Positions 49,608 to 61,214 of a DNA stretch of 63,525 nt are shown here, in pieces. The stretch is from Spizellomyces punctatus DAOM BR117. Its lineage: Eukaryota. The translations under genes and the position numbers were made by a program. The notes beneath the pieces were generated by a model, which saw only the letters and a program-made list of their open reading frames with translations, did not search any database and was not told where the DNA came from. The stretch lies in NCBI GenBank assembly GCA_000182565.2, contig KQ257458.1; one strand, given 5' to 3'. Each line of letters starts with the position of its first letter. Positions within the stretch are counted from its first letter, which is position 1.

Positions 49608-51011
49608 TCAGATCCCTCTATCCTTTCGAACATCAAACCTAGCGAATATAGGCCAATGATCTGAATCTAACGTTCCACAGTACTGTTTATAATTGTGTAA
49701 TGGATAGCTGTCCACAAGACGATCGCGCAAACCTCGACTGATGAGAACGTGGTCGATCAAGACGTGTTCGTTTCCCCCATCGTCCTTGCAGTCCCTGTTG
49801 CGGTCATACCAGTTTGTGTAACGCTCTGTTTGGTTTTCCCACAAGTTAGCTATGTTGAAAAGGGGTGGATTTGTGGCGGTGCGGAGGGTTGATAATGCCT
49901 GAATTGACACATCCGTGGTAAGAAATTTGGTCATAGGACAACTGTTCAGCTGACGAACAGCGCTTTTACCTTGCTGATGGGATGATCGAGTTCTCCTGCG
50001 GCATCCACCACCTCATCATCATAGTCATTAAAGTCACCCAGCACGATGACCTCATCGTGAGATTGTGTCAAAAGATGTCGTTGAATGGCATTGGAGATCA
50101 CCGATGCTTGTGCCTCGCGCTGCGCATCTCAACGTCAGTTAACGGATCTCATCGAAGAATATTCTAAAGCATTACCTTTTCGCATCGGTCGCGTTTGTCA
50201 GGGTACGCAATAAAGTGATTTCCGCTGAGGAGGATGGGTATCTCATTGACTTGGAACCTGGCAAAGTAGTTCTTTGTTGATCCGTACATCTGAGGAGGTG
50301 AACCGGGTTTGGTGAAGCCACACAGGGATCCTTTGATGGGGTAGAGAACACGCTCGTCGGTGCGGATCACATCGATAATCGGGTCTACCTTGGTGATGAA
50401 GCCCACTTGTTGCCCTAGGGCTGTGTCCCGCCCAGGAACTAGGTACGCGCGATATGCTCCTTTGGCGGCCGTATTCTCTGCTTCCAGAACCTCAATCAAC
50501 TTGTCAAGGGCATCACAGCTTTCGACTTCGCTAAGGTGGACAATATCCGGAAGACCCATCGCAGCAATTGTCTTTGCCACCCGGGAGAAATGCTCTAATG
50601 CCATTTTCTTGTTCTGTGACCAAGACAGGTCAATTCGACGCTCTCCATTGGGATACGATTTGATGAGATGCCACATACCTTCCAAGGACAAGATCTTCCC
50701 GGACACACCAGTCCACCTGTGCCACCATTGATGAAGAGCCATTCAGCGTTGAAATTTCCAACAGTAAGCTCGTCCTTGTTTTCGCGACGGTCACCCGCTT
50801 CAACTGGAGCCTGGGAACATAACCTCGGTGTAGGGCGTGTAGGGCGCTTGGGTCGCGGTAACAACAGAGATCCCGACAGCTGTACGTGCTCTATATGAAG
50901 CGGCCGTCCGAGAGTGTGCTGAGCAGGGAAGCCATGGGCAGTAACTTGTAAGGAAGGAGTAGAGAGAAGGAGCGAAACAACGACAGCGAACGAGGATAAG
51001 GTACCCAACAT
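49608..51011 (-). CDS. Secreted endonuclease/exonuclease/phosphatase (EEP) family protein
   Basis: Signal peptide; catalytic motifs NFNAEWLF, PDIVHLSEVE, GNHF, VIVLGDFND, IDHVLIS, SDHWPI; three introns. Confidence 0.88.
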
Positions 51012-52527
51012 GGGTTACAGCATGCAAACTTAAAATCTGTTCAAAGTATGGGAGGAACGTCTTTTCGCTTAAATATATGCTAGTCGCTCTAGTTGCAGCA
51101 CCTCATCGCCCGTCGTTGTCGTCCGCCCTCTCCCTTCCTATCGCGCTTTGTTATCGGAGTCCAGACGCGTTTCATTTGCTTGGACATGTGCCTTACAAAC
51201 AAGTGGATATTGGATACAACGTAATCTTGGTGACTGTGCCATAATCATATGACTTGATTTAGCAAGTCAGTTTCGCTAAACAAAAGAACATTGAAAAATA
51301 TCAGCAGGTATTTCTTTGTTACAAGATAATGACCAGGAATCACAGGACAGGTAAACCACCAGTACATTCATGTAAAAGTATCAATAGTTTTATTTCGCAC
51401 AGATATTTGGACACTACACGGGTCGGCGTCGACCCAACAGTCTCTTCTTCCGTGAGCGAGAGTTTTGCTTGTTCACTAAACTTCTGGGCACATTACGTAC
51501 AAGCGGTTAGCGACCAAAGGCAAGGTTCATTTCGCACAAGTGTACGAATCTACTTTTGCATCTCAGTGAAGATAAATGTGACAAATTGTAGACTAATCCA
51601 TTTGCCAGCGTACAAAACACTCATGATCAAAGGCTAGTGTTTTACCAATATTCAATTGATGAGACTGCCAAAGCATCACCATATCATTGTTGAAATAGAA
51701 AAGGAGACATAAGAATCGAACTCCCATTATCTTTGAAATTTTGGTTCACTCGTTCAATCTCTAGCAAATACCGTCTCCCATTCTACAAACTACAAAGACT
51801 CTGTAGCTGGTGCCGACTGGGCAGTATCCTCTTCCGTGAACGAGAGTCTTGGTCGCTTGCTATCATCACAATCAAGGGCATTTAAGAGCAATGCATCATT
51901 TGCATTTTCAGGTCCCCGTCTAGCGCAAGAGTAGATCTACTGTCCTTGCTGTTCGGCTGGGAAGGCCACCTTCAAAAGTTGAAACTGTTGCAATCGTGCG
52001 GTGCCAAAAAGCATGGTGCTTTTGGCCTTTCACCTAATGTTTTGCCCCGAATCTGTCCGGGGACTGAAGAGCAAGGTGCTGGCACTCAACGTCCAGAAAA
52101 CCATTCAAAAGTGGCACTTTCCTTGATGGCCAACCGATCAGACAACGGAAATTCGAGCTCATCAGTCGCACTCTCCAACACAGTTTCACGTTGCACTTTG
52201 CCGCTAGTGTCATGTGACTGTGCCGCCGTCATAATACCTCATATAGTTAAATTTCATGGTTTCAATTGGGTCTAAATGATTATTATCCAGAATTGGAGTT
52301 GAAAGTAAATCGGACGGGCAACGGAAAATGGAGACAATGTGGCCAAACAGCCCCCCAAGTGTCACTACTATTTCCATCAAACGACGAAGGAAATGTAGTG
52401 AAAATTTCAAAAGGATCGAAATAACAGGATTGAAATAAAAGGATGAAATGGAAAAAGGTCCCCGGCTTGTCTAGAGTCGACCTTGAGCTTGTCCTTTGCG
52501 TGCACACCTCTTTGAACAAAGCCAGTC

Positions 52528-53313
52528 ATGTCCTGGAGAGATTACGGCGGTGAAGTAGCACCACCGCAACCAGCTGGTAACCGCTGGGCGGCAGCTGCTG
52601 CGCAAGCTGCGGATGGGAACAGGTCGTCGACAGGCTATCGTTCTTGGGAGACTGTGGACGACGAACCAGAAGACTATGACAACACCGACTGGTTGCAACG
52701 CAAGACAAAAAAAGTCCAAAACGATTCCCTCCAGAGTACCCGTCGTGCCTTACAGCGTTTAAACGAGACCGATGCTATTGCTACCTCCAATTTAACAAGA
52801 CTGAACCAACAGTCGGAACAGCTTTACAAGGTCAACAGCCGTCTCGAAAGCGCTGAACAGCATGTCAAAGTCAGCGACTCTAAAGCAGATCATTTAAAAT
52901 CCCTCAATCGGTACTTTTTCCTACCGTCCTTTGGTGGCAAGAAAGCAAGAGAGCGAGAAGAGGCTGCTAAACGAGAAAACGCCGAACGCTCAACTCGTGA
53001 CGAATCCGCTCTTGAGCGGGACCGACAAGCTCGTGACGAGCGCTTCCAGTCCATTCGCAATGCAAACTACATGTCATCGACTCGTGGAATGTATTCCACT
53101 CCTCAAGGTATCGAACATGATAATACAGAGGAGGAAATCGACAACAATCTGGATCAAATTTCGTCCGGCTTGCAGAGATTGAAGATGATGAGTCAGAGCA
53201 TGAACACCGAGTTGGACTCGCAGAGGGATATGATTGGGAGGATATCAGATCGTACGGACCGTACTGGGGAGAGGATTAGAAATACGACAAGAAAGATTGA
53301 TCGGATCAAATAG
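52528..53313 (+). CDS. SEC9: Sec9/SNAP-25-like Qbc SNARE
   Basis: Two SNARE motifs: SLQSTRRALQRL..T...LNQQSEQL and EEEIDNNLDQISSGLQRLKMM...ELDSQRDMIGRI. Confidence 0.8.
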   Translation: MSWRDYGGEVAPPQPAGNRWAAAAAQAADGNRSSTGYRSWETVDDEPEDYDNTDWLQRKTKKVQNDSLQSTRRALQRLNETDAIATSNLTRLNQQSEQLYKVNSRLESAEQHVKVSDSKADHLKSLNRYFFLPSFGGKKAREREEAAKRENAERSTRDESALERDRQARDERFQSIRNANYMSSTRGMYSTPQGIEHDNTEEEIDNNLDQISSGLQRLKMMSQSMNTELDSQRDMIGRISDRTDRTGERIRNTTRKIDRIK

Positions 53314-53991
53314 ACAACAGAGGACGTGAGGAGCTACACATTGTAGAACAGAAATTTTGTATATAGGATTTTCTATGAATATGGATGCGTTTTAGCACCT
53401 TTTTCCGACATTTCTTGCCGAGTTTGAATGAATATCTAACGATATGGACGTTTTTTGTGATGGACCGCTGCGGGTCGCTACCTCACAGTGCGCCGTACAC
53501 AATAAAAGAAACAGGATATGAAAGCCACTATGCTGTCAACCAAAGCATTCTAGTAAAGCAACGCAGATTGCCGAAACAAATGTTATTTATACGAGAAGGC
53601 CACAGAAAATTGCCGTAGGCATGTTTACATTGTCAATGGGGGAAACTAATCAGCCTTGAAACCACTGCTGTTGACATGATAACCGTAACCATACTCAAAA
53701 AGCTCAACTATTGGCATAACCCCATTCAAGCCGTTAAATACACATGGGATGACCCTAAATAAAGTAGCATTGCAAAATGCGCCTCGATCGATTGCGTAAG
53801 CCGCGTCGTTTGCACCCGTTTATTTGCCCCATCGTCCATCAAGCCCCCATAATATATATTACACAGTGATGGTGGCTAGAACCCTTCCACTGTCGTTGCC
53901 CTCCTCCTCATGGAGCCACCGGCAAAGAGTCAAAGCCAGGAAGACCGTCCCCTGTTAAAGGTGGATTCCTTGGTGAAAAGATCTTTGTCGG

Positions 53992-54525
53992 TTGGTAGTA
54001 AGATGGCCAGAAACGGGAAGCAGATATCCATATCGCTATGTGGGGGTAGACGACAGAGTCAAGGGTGTACTGAGGGTAAGGGCGACATTATATCTGGGGG
54101 TCAAACAACCAGACGTGAAGAAGGTACTGTCGTTACAGAATAATCCGTTTCGCTTCCTCTCCAGTACTTATGATTGCGGCCTGCGTATTCTAGATACAGC
54201 TCACTGCATCGCCAACGGAAACCTGATATTAACAACTACTATCAAACGAACTCGTAACCTTATTGCAAACGGAAAGTCCATGACAGCCGGCCATGTCCGT
54301 CCGACAAGCCGCTCACCCACCAGATCCCCTGCTAAACCTCGCACCCCATCGCCCCCTCAAGAGCTTCATCCGATTGTACGAGGAATGTATCAAGGGATCG
54401 ATCTTCCTGTTCATGAGAACCCTGATCGGCATTTGGTTGCAGAGGCGGTTCGGTCCCCTGCGAGAGCAGTATGTACAGCAGAGTGTAGAGGAAAGATGGG
54501 AGCAGTGCACTGTGCAAGGCGGTGA
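53992..54525 (+). CDS. Hypothetical orphan ORF; 5' end unresolved
   Basis: 177-codon open frame without a clear ATG or motif. Confidence 0.3.
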   Translation: MVVRWPETGSRYPYRYVGVDDRVKGVLRVRATLYLGVKQPDVKKVLSLQNNPFRFLSSTYDCGLRILDTAHCIANGNLILTTTIKRTRNLIANGKSMTAGHVRPTSRSPTRSPAKPRTPSPPQELHPIVRGMYQGIDLPVHENPDRHLVAEAVRSPARAVCTAECRGKMGAVHCARR

Positions 54526-55020
54526 AATATTGCTTGCTGATGTATATACTTTTTTTCTTGTGACGTTCTTGAAACCAGTTTGTGGAGTGTGTTGGCTGCC
54601 TACTGGACTTGTATTGAATGGGTGTTTTATGTGCATTTGCAACGGGGGATCTTGCCCAGAAGAGACTTGGACATTCATAGTTTGATGCTCCCATGCTCCA
54701 AGCTGTTAACTCTATGAACTATCTGATATCTAACGAGAGCACTCGGTACCATTTTGAGGACTCAGTAGCGTGTAAGGATCAAGTCGGCACCAAAGCCAAC
54801 ATGCGGTTTCCATGCTGTTTCAGATCGAAAAGATGCACCCAAGCTAACGAGCATGAAATAATGTATTTATGCAAAACAATACAAGATTGCATGTATTTCA
54901 CTTCTTTTTTTTTGCATCTTCCCCACGGTTTTGCGATATTCTGCTTTCACTATTCCGATGGCTGCAAAAAAACCAGTCAATGATGATGAGCATTTCCCTT
55001 CAAAACAACATCTTAGATCT

Positions 55021-55900
55021 TTAGAATCCCCATTCCCCAGGGTAGAGCTCTGCAAAGAGCTCGTGATCGAGTTCTCCGTACAAATTTGTGAGGACTGGAG
55101 GGAGGTTGAGCTCGGGGGCAGCGGGGGAAGGATTTTCGGTGGAAGTAGGGGTAGCAACTACTGCGGTCGCAGGAGATAAACCTTCGGTGGAAGTAGAGGG
55201 AGAAACCACTACATTTGGGGGGGATAGACCTTCGGTGGAAGTAGAGGGAGAAACTAAGGTAGTGGGCGGATGACCTTCCGTAAAACTGACTGCCGCACGA
55301 GCTGAAGGCGGTTCCGAGGCTGACGGAGCCCTAATCAAATGTACGCTCGAGGATCCCCTTTTATAGGATGCTAACGATGTCGCCCGTACAACTGGGATGC
55401 TCAGCACCGTACCAATCCTCCAATACGCGTTCATTTCCGGGTTGTGCGGGCTTGTGAAGCGGTGAATCGCGAACGGCTGGTAGGTTTGCGGGACTATTTG
55501 CGGCGGTCCTGACATTCTGGGATCCATGGAGTTTCGGTAACCCTATAATCGAATGTTAGCATATCAAATAAGCAAACCATACTTTTGCAAGTTATATCAT
55601 TCTTACTTGTGAAGTCCAGTTGATGAAACTGAACATATCCCTATTGCTGATTTCATCGGGATGCCATAGAATGTATGATTGCTGAAGGGCGTGTAATCTT
55701 AATGATGCCTGCCTCGGCAGTTGAATGGTGATCCAGCATGGTGCTAAGTTCGAAATTGCGTAGTTGATTTTTACTGGGAGATATGTGTAACGGAGGACAT
55801 TGACCGGGAAATCATTGTTTTGGGGGAGATGTATCATTTCATGGTGTGGATCGACATCCACGTTGAGCTGTAGCTTCTTTTTTTGGCCGGGGGTGGACAT
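55021..55900 (-). CDS. Hypothetical orphan protein with three 16-aa S/T/P repeats (2 exons)
   Basis: Intron 55543-55606 (GTAAGA...CTAAC...TAG) joins two ORFs in frame; 48-nt repeats encode SPSTSTEGLSP units; TATAAAA ~70 nt upstream. Confidence 0.65.
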
Positions 55901-57202
55901 GGCAGCAAAGGACGAATGACAATGATATGGGTGGAAGAAGAACGAAAGCGACAGAAAAATGTTGCTTTTATAGACTATGGAGATGTGTGCATGTATGCGT
56001 GACGATACGTCTGCTGACGGTCAGCCTCACTTGCACCTCTCGACAAAGCCCTCCAGCTCAAACTCCCATTCGTACAGACAATTCATCATCATCCATCAAA
56101 AGCAAAACCTCATCATTATGGGATGCCATCAGCGTCAACTTACATATTTAGACAAAAGCCCTCACTAAACAATCGCTTTGACGAAACGCGCTACTGGCTT
56201 GATGAGTAAAAGAACACAACCCCCATTCCCATCCTATACCTTCATGCCGACACATGCATTTCGTTCCAGGAATCTATACAACAATGATGATATCTCCGGC
56301 GACATATCGCAGAGGAGCGCAATAATTGCATACTCTACACAAAATCCCCGGACGAAAGTCTCAAAGATCAAATTCAGGTGTTCTGTCAAAGGCGTAAAGT
56401 CCATGAACAAAAACACTCAAGCCTCAAACTGGTCCAGACCCTCATTCTTGTCGAGAAAGAGAGAGTTATCGCCACGTCAGAGATAACATATTCCCACACT
56501 TCGCAGGACGGAAACCTCCCATACGCTGCCACAGCAGATACAATGATCGAGCTCGAAACAAATCGAACAGAAATGAGCCCGTTGCTGGACTGGGAAGAGG
56601 AAATGGGAGTATATCGAGAAGCCCTCCTGACTGATTACTTTTGTCTCTAGAAGCTCTCTTTCAATGCCAGCGTTTAATGAAATAACCCAGGTGTGTTACA
56701 TATGTACAATTTGAGAATAGGTGCAGGTTGTGTCAACCCCAAGGGCTGTAATGCGCAAAAAAGTGATTTGGACTGGCCGAGCATAACATTCAGCCCTTCA
56801 AATGAATCAGAAGAATCATAAACATTAAAATACTAAGAACAGGCACAACGGGCAAGGGGCATATGCTTGCAACTCTTCAAAAGCTGCTGGGGGTAACAGC
56901 AGGACAGTACCGCTGCGAGCTACGAAGACACCGTTAGCAATCGAAAGCCACTCAATCAAACGTAAACGGCCCATTCAGTGGTAGTGTACCACTCGGCGGA
57001 GAGAGCCTGCCATGGCAGTTTATTAGTGTGCACTGAGTACCCCTCGGAGGAGGCAGTGCACACTTACGAGCCATTGCGGACGCAAGGCCATCGTAGGAAC
57101 ACATACGAGAAGCAGACCTGGTGACAAGTGACGAGATGATCTCAACGTTCTCAAGACATCGAATTGTTCATGTGGTTATGATCTGTCGTTCCAGGGCAAC
57201 CA

Positions 57203-57274
57203 GGCTCAGTGGTTTAGTGGTATAATACCCGCTTAGGGTGCGGGTGGTCCCGGGTTCGATTCCCGGCTGAGCCC
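57203..57274 (+). tRNA. tRNA-Pro(AGG)
   Basis: Canonical cloverleaf, identical to the copy at 26769-26840; T-run terminator at ~57296. Confidence 0.97.
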
Positions 57275-57336
57275 CTACATTTCAAAATGATTGTCTTTTT
57301 GCTTCTCGTCACCTAGTCAGTAAGTTTGTCATTTGG

Positions 57337-57400
57337 CCAACATGCCCTGAAATATACCGCCACAACTGGGTTGGTAGAAGGAGGAAACCACCCCCAATCA
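57337..57400 (-). repeat. Solo copy of the 79-bp repeat unit found in the 58.5-58.9 kb array
   Basis: ACCGCCACAACTGGGTTGGTAGAAGGAGGA is the exact reverse complement of the array core. Confidence 0.85.
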
Positions 57401-57563
57401 CTAGCACACGTTTGCTAGAGTGATAATACAAGTGCAGTACCACAGTACACCAGTCCTGACCTCTGATTGGCTGCACGCGGTTCATTGGTGTGCCCCTGGT
57501 AATTTATGTTAATACACGCGTGTCTAATTGTTTTGTAATATAGTAGCGTCCATAAATTTTAAC

Positions 57564-57757
57564 ATCGGACATCACGCAGGCAGCCGTCTCAGATCAGCTG
57601 TTTTCCTCTACTGTTCAGTGGTATTGAATACTAATATTACATGCTTTTAAAATACAGAAAAACAGGCGAGATACTTTCAATGCATTGGATAATAAATGAT
57701 ATAAATGTACTCTGTAACAAATCCAGCAGTATTTGCTATTCTAGTCTTAAAATGGGT
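57564..57757 (+). promoter_or_regulatory. Conserved upstream element of PPxY gene A
   Basis: Near-identical to the reverse complement of 60871-61060; core also present at 60064-60144 (reverse complement). Confidence 0.7.
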
Positions 57758-57901
57758 CAATGTTGTGCAATGGATATATAGGAGTTATATTTGATTTACA
57801 GACGCGTGGCAAGTCGCGTGAATCCGGCCCGAGTTGTGCCGACCAGTAGTCCATACAAAAGGCGCACACTGCGCGTCCGGCATCTCTATCCAACTTGGTC
57901 C

Positions 57902-59276
57902 ATGGACAAGCCGGCCGTAAGACTACCAACCGATGCAACTCATATTACGATTGTTCTTTATAGTGATGAGGCTGTAAAGGATGATGAGTATTATATGCGG
58001 GAGGTTCTGCAGTTACCTTTCCCGTGCTTATGGAAAGTGACTGCATGCCCAGTTCGCGGTGGACGGACCAGAGTCACTATAGTTTTGAGACCAGAAGATA
58101 AGGCTCTTTCTGATATTCTTGACCATTTAAGAATCATCAGCGATGGGCAATATGAAGTTAACAACTTTATTATTCATAGTAAATCAGGTCGAAGACTGGG
58201 TCTGGAAGAGTGCTGCTCTTCTAGTTTGGATCTGGAAAACACTTTGAGATGTTTGGGCATAATTGGTTAGTAGAGTTGGTTTCTCATTCTTATTTCCTCA
58301 TATCGCAAATTTACTGAATGCATGCTTTCAGTTCTGGATGCACCTCCGAATTATGCAGACCTGGTTCAAGAAGCGCTTGAAGGTAATATTGTATTCATGA
58401 TATTTGGCCTTATGACTTTCACCGTCTGGAGATGGATTCCCATAACCGCAGGACTTCGATTTGCGTTCTTACCATCGATTAGTATGGAGACCAGCTAAAG
58501 CATTCGGCCTGGTCAGTCAATCGGTGGCCATTCCCTCCTGCTGTAATTCGACCTGTGGCGGCTATATTCAAAGCAATTGGACGTAGCGGCAAGCGATATT
58601 ACTCTGCCTTTCTCTCCTGCTGTGATCTGACTTGCGGCGGCTATATTCAAAGCACCTGGGCGTAGCGGCAAGCGATATCACTCTGCCTTTCTCTCCTGCT
58701 GTGACCAACTTGGGTGCAGTGGCAAGCGGACTGGGGAGTGGTTCCTCCTTCTACCAACCCAGTTGTGGCGGTGTGGTTCAAAGCATGTTGGGACGCAGTG
58801 GCAAGCGGACTGGGGAGTGGTTCCTCCTTCTACCAACCCAGTTGTGGCGGTATGGTTCAAAGCAGGTTGCGGCACAGTGGCAAGCGGAGTGGGGTCGGTT
58901 GGTTGCATCATACCGAATGCGGCGGTTGCGTTGAAGTACTAGGCATCAAGTCGTTGGTCATTTCGTATTCGTCGTTCGATAGACGGATCCCATTTCCAGC
59001 TAAGTCGCGCTTTTGTGTGTATTCCTGATTTATCATTTATTATATTCCCAAACTTTAGAAAGGAAGAAAAGGGTCTGGACGGAACAAGTAGAAAAGGATC
59101 AAGAGGCAGACAGGAGACGCATGAAGGCGCGTTTAATAGATGCTATGGAGTAAGTAACCATTGACTTCTCTAGCTTTTTATTACAGATTATTTATCAAAT
59201 TCGTTACAGGGTTTTAGGTGACCGTGCGGCGGTGGTTCGGCTGGATCAGGATGGTTTTAGCTTTGTTTTGAAATGA
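57902..59276 (+). CDS. PPxY family paralog A (extra ~120-aa N-terminal region; 4 exons)
   Basis: Introns 58266-58331, 58383-59058 and 59150-59209 give an open frame ...VLDAPPNYADLVQEALEERKKRVW...EADRRRMKARLIDAMEVLGDRAAVVRLDQDGFSFVLK*. Confidence 0.65.
58497..58935. repeat. Tandem array of ~5-6 degenerate 79-bp units inside intron 2 of gene A
   Basis: Period of 79 bp (58561/58640; 58721/58800/58879); two sub-types share GGCAAGCG and TTCAAAGCA. Confidence 0.85.
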
Positions 59277-59432
59277 TGTATATACATTTTTTTAAATAAA
59301 TATATTTGTTTTTACCCTAGCTCTGGCTCGTGTACAGTATGTGCACATTACCACTCCTACATAAGTGCGAATTACAAGTCGTATCAACGTAATCACCGGA
59401 CAATTTGCGAACTGTATAGACTTTTGCCACCA

Positions 59433-59779
59433 TCATTTCAAAATGAATCGAACACCTTGATCGTCAATAATAACTTTCGCCACCCTGTCACCATAGCTCG
59501 TCATCATCACTCTATACGCGGGTAATACATGTTGTCAATTAAAACCCGAGCCGGGCCAAATGGACTGACTACCTACTCCATATAATCTCTCATACGAGCC
59601 CTGTCTCGCTCTTCTTCATGTGCAACCTGGTCGACCACGTCCGTATAATCTGGTGGGCTTTCGGCGCCAGTAGTAATCGCTGGACCGAGAATTTGAAATG
59701 AGCCAACGAGATACTAATATGCATTCAAGACTGACGACTAACTATTTTCCTCCAAGGTACTTGAGGGTTTGGTATCCAT
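59433..59779 (-). CDS. PPxY family paralog B (~72 aa, 3 exons)
   Basis: Spliced MDTKPSSTLEENTITTGAESPPDYTDVVDQVAHEEERDRARMRDYMEVMMTSYGDRVAKVIIDDQGVRFILK*; last intron in the same phase-2 Glu codon as in paralogs A and C. Confidence 0.72.
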
Positions 59780-59905
59780 GAGTACAGTGAATTGGCGAGT
59801 AAAACGAGTACAGTACACTGAATTGGCGAGTAAATCGAGTACAGTACACTGAATTGGCGAGTAAATCGAGTACAGTACGCTGAATTGGCGAGTAAATCGT
59901 ACCGT
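59780..59905. repeat. 31-bp tandem repeat (GAGTACAGTACACTGAATTGGCGAGTAAATC) x ~4
   Basis: Units at 59780 (shortened), 59806, 59837 and 59868; abuts the ATG of paralog B. Confidence 0.92.
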
Positions 59906-60063
59906 GAAATGGGGGAAAAACCTGGGCGTCAAAGCGTGTAGTCCAAACGATGGCGACTGAAGGTGTACTGGCGTGATCCCACGTGATCAGAGGCGTCCAA
60001 AAGACAAGTATACTAGTAACCCCAAATTTCGTTTTGATATGGCCGACGATGTATTTTATACAT

Positions 60064-60144
60064 ATTTTAAAGCATGTAGAACTAGTCTATTACGTTGAAC
60101 AGCAGAGGAAACAGTCGATGTGAGACCCTTGCCTCATGTCCGAC
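60064..60144 (-). promoter_or_regulatory. Diverged copy of the PPxY-gene upstream element (gene B)
   Basis: Reverse complement reads TCGGACAT...GTCTCACATCGACTGTTTCCTCTGCTGTTCA...TACATGCTTTAAAATA, matching 57564-57656. Confidence 0.6.
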
Positions 60145-60440
60145 AAAGAGATATGTAGGAGGTGTACATTTTGTACAAGTCTTCGAGGTTGATCATGTAG
60201 TGATAGCTATGCCTGGCTCAGCTCTGAACATTGCCGAAAAGAAACATGCCTCGTCAAGATGACACCAAAAGACAGAGCATTAGTAGATGGATGCAATTCA
60301 CGGTCAGGTAGTCGTGCTTTTAGTCACAAGAGTAGCATATGTTTTTCAGGTTGTATTATAAGATTGCCATTAACCTTTACATTCTTCCAGGATGCACTTC
60401 TTATCGATGCAACGTCGTATGGCTGGCAGCTTCCAGGGCC

Positions 60441-60718
60441 TCATTTCAAACTGAATCGAATCCCTTTATCGTCGACAGTAAGTTTCGCTATACAGTCACC
60501 ATAAACTCTCCTCACAGCTCTAAAACGAAACGTATGTACATTTTGTCAACTACAACCGAAGCCAAACCACGTGGATTGACGACTTACTCTGCACTGGCAA
60601 AGATCCGAGCCTGCGTTCTCTTGCGGTCCCGCTCTTCTTCCTCGCTGAATACCACGTCCCCATAAGCGGGTGGATTTTCTTGGTTTTCTTGGGCTGAAGG
60701 GTTAGAAGGGTTGTCCAT
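60441..60718 (-). CDS. PPxY family paralog C (~69 aa, 2 exons)
   Basis: Intron 60520-60587; MDNPSNPSAQENQENPPAYGDVVFSEEEERDRKRTQARIFASAEAVRRVYGDCIAKLTVDDKGIRFSLK*. Confidence 0.72.
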
Positions 60719-60870
60719 GATGCGAGATGATGGCTAGATGGAGAGGTCGTGTTGTGACAAGCGTGATTCCACATGATCCCACGCGTCGGGCGCCCAAGTT
60801 GGATGGAGATGCAGGACGCGCCTTTTTATTATGGACTCCTGGTCGCGCCAACACGGTTGCCACAACTATC

Positions 60871-61060
60871 ACCCATTTCCTTAATACTAGAATAGCAAAT
60901 ATTGCTGGATTTGTTACAGAGTACATGGACAGAATTTATTATGCGATGCATTGAAAGTATCTCGCCTATTTTTCTGTATTTCTGAAGTATGTAAAATTAG
61001 TATTTAATACCACTGAACAGTAGAGGAAAACAGCTGATCTGAGACGGCCTGAAGTCCGAT
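60871..61060 (-). promoter_or_regulatory. Conserved upstream element of PPxY gene C
   Basis: Inverted near-copy of 57564-57757. Confidence 0.7.
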
Positions 61061-61214
61061 AAAGAGTTATGGACATGTTTGGTCATGTAGGATCACGCCA
61101 GTACAATACTTGTAGTACTGGTAGGTCGATACTTTTTTGATTTGTTTATCAACCAAGCTATAGCCCCTGGATGCGATGAGCTTGCTGGGTAGCTTCGGTT
61201 TGCATTATGCGCAC

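Noticed and set aside
51400-52240. Possible minus-strand gene with a short duplicated segment (51445/51828)
   Set aside because: No convincing open spliced frame or motif; at most a decayed remnant.
56178-56650. Two overlapping ORFs upstream of tRNA-Pro
   Set aside because: No clear start or splice joining them and no recognisable motif.
59780-59905. CRISPR-like array
   Set aside because: Repeats are contiguous with no unique spacers, no cas genes, and a eukaryotic context.
57548-61075. Pack-MULE with long TIRs
   Set aside because: No 8-11-bp TSD at the outer ends, and a third internal copy precedes paralog B, favouring duplicated upstream regions.
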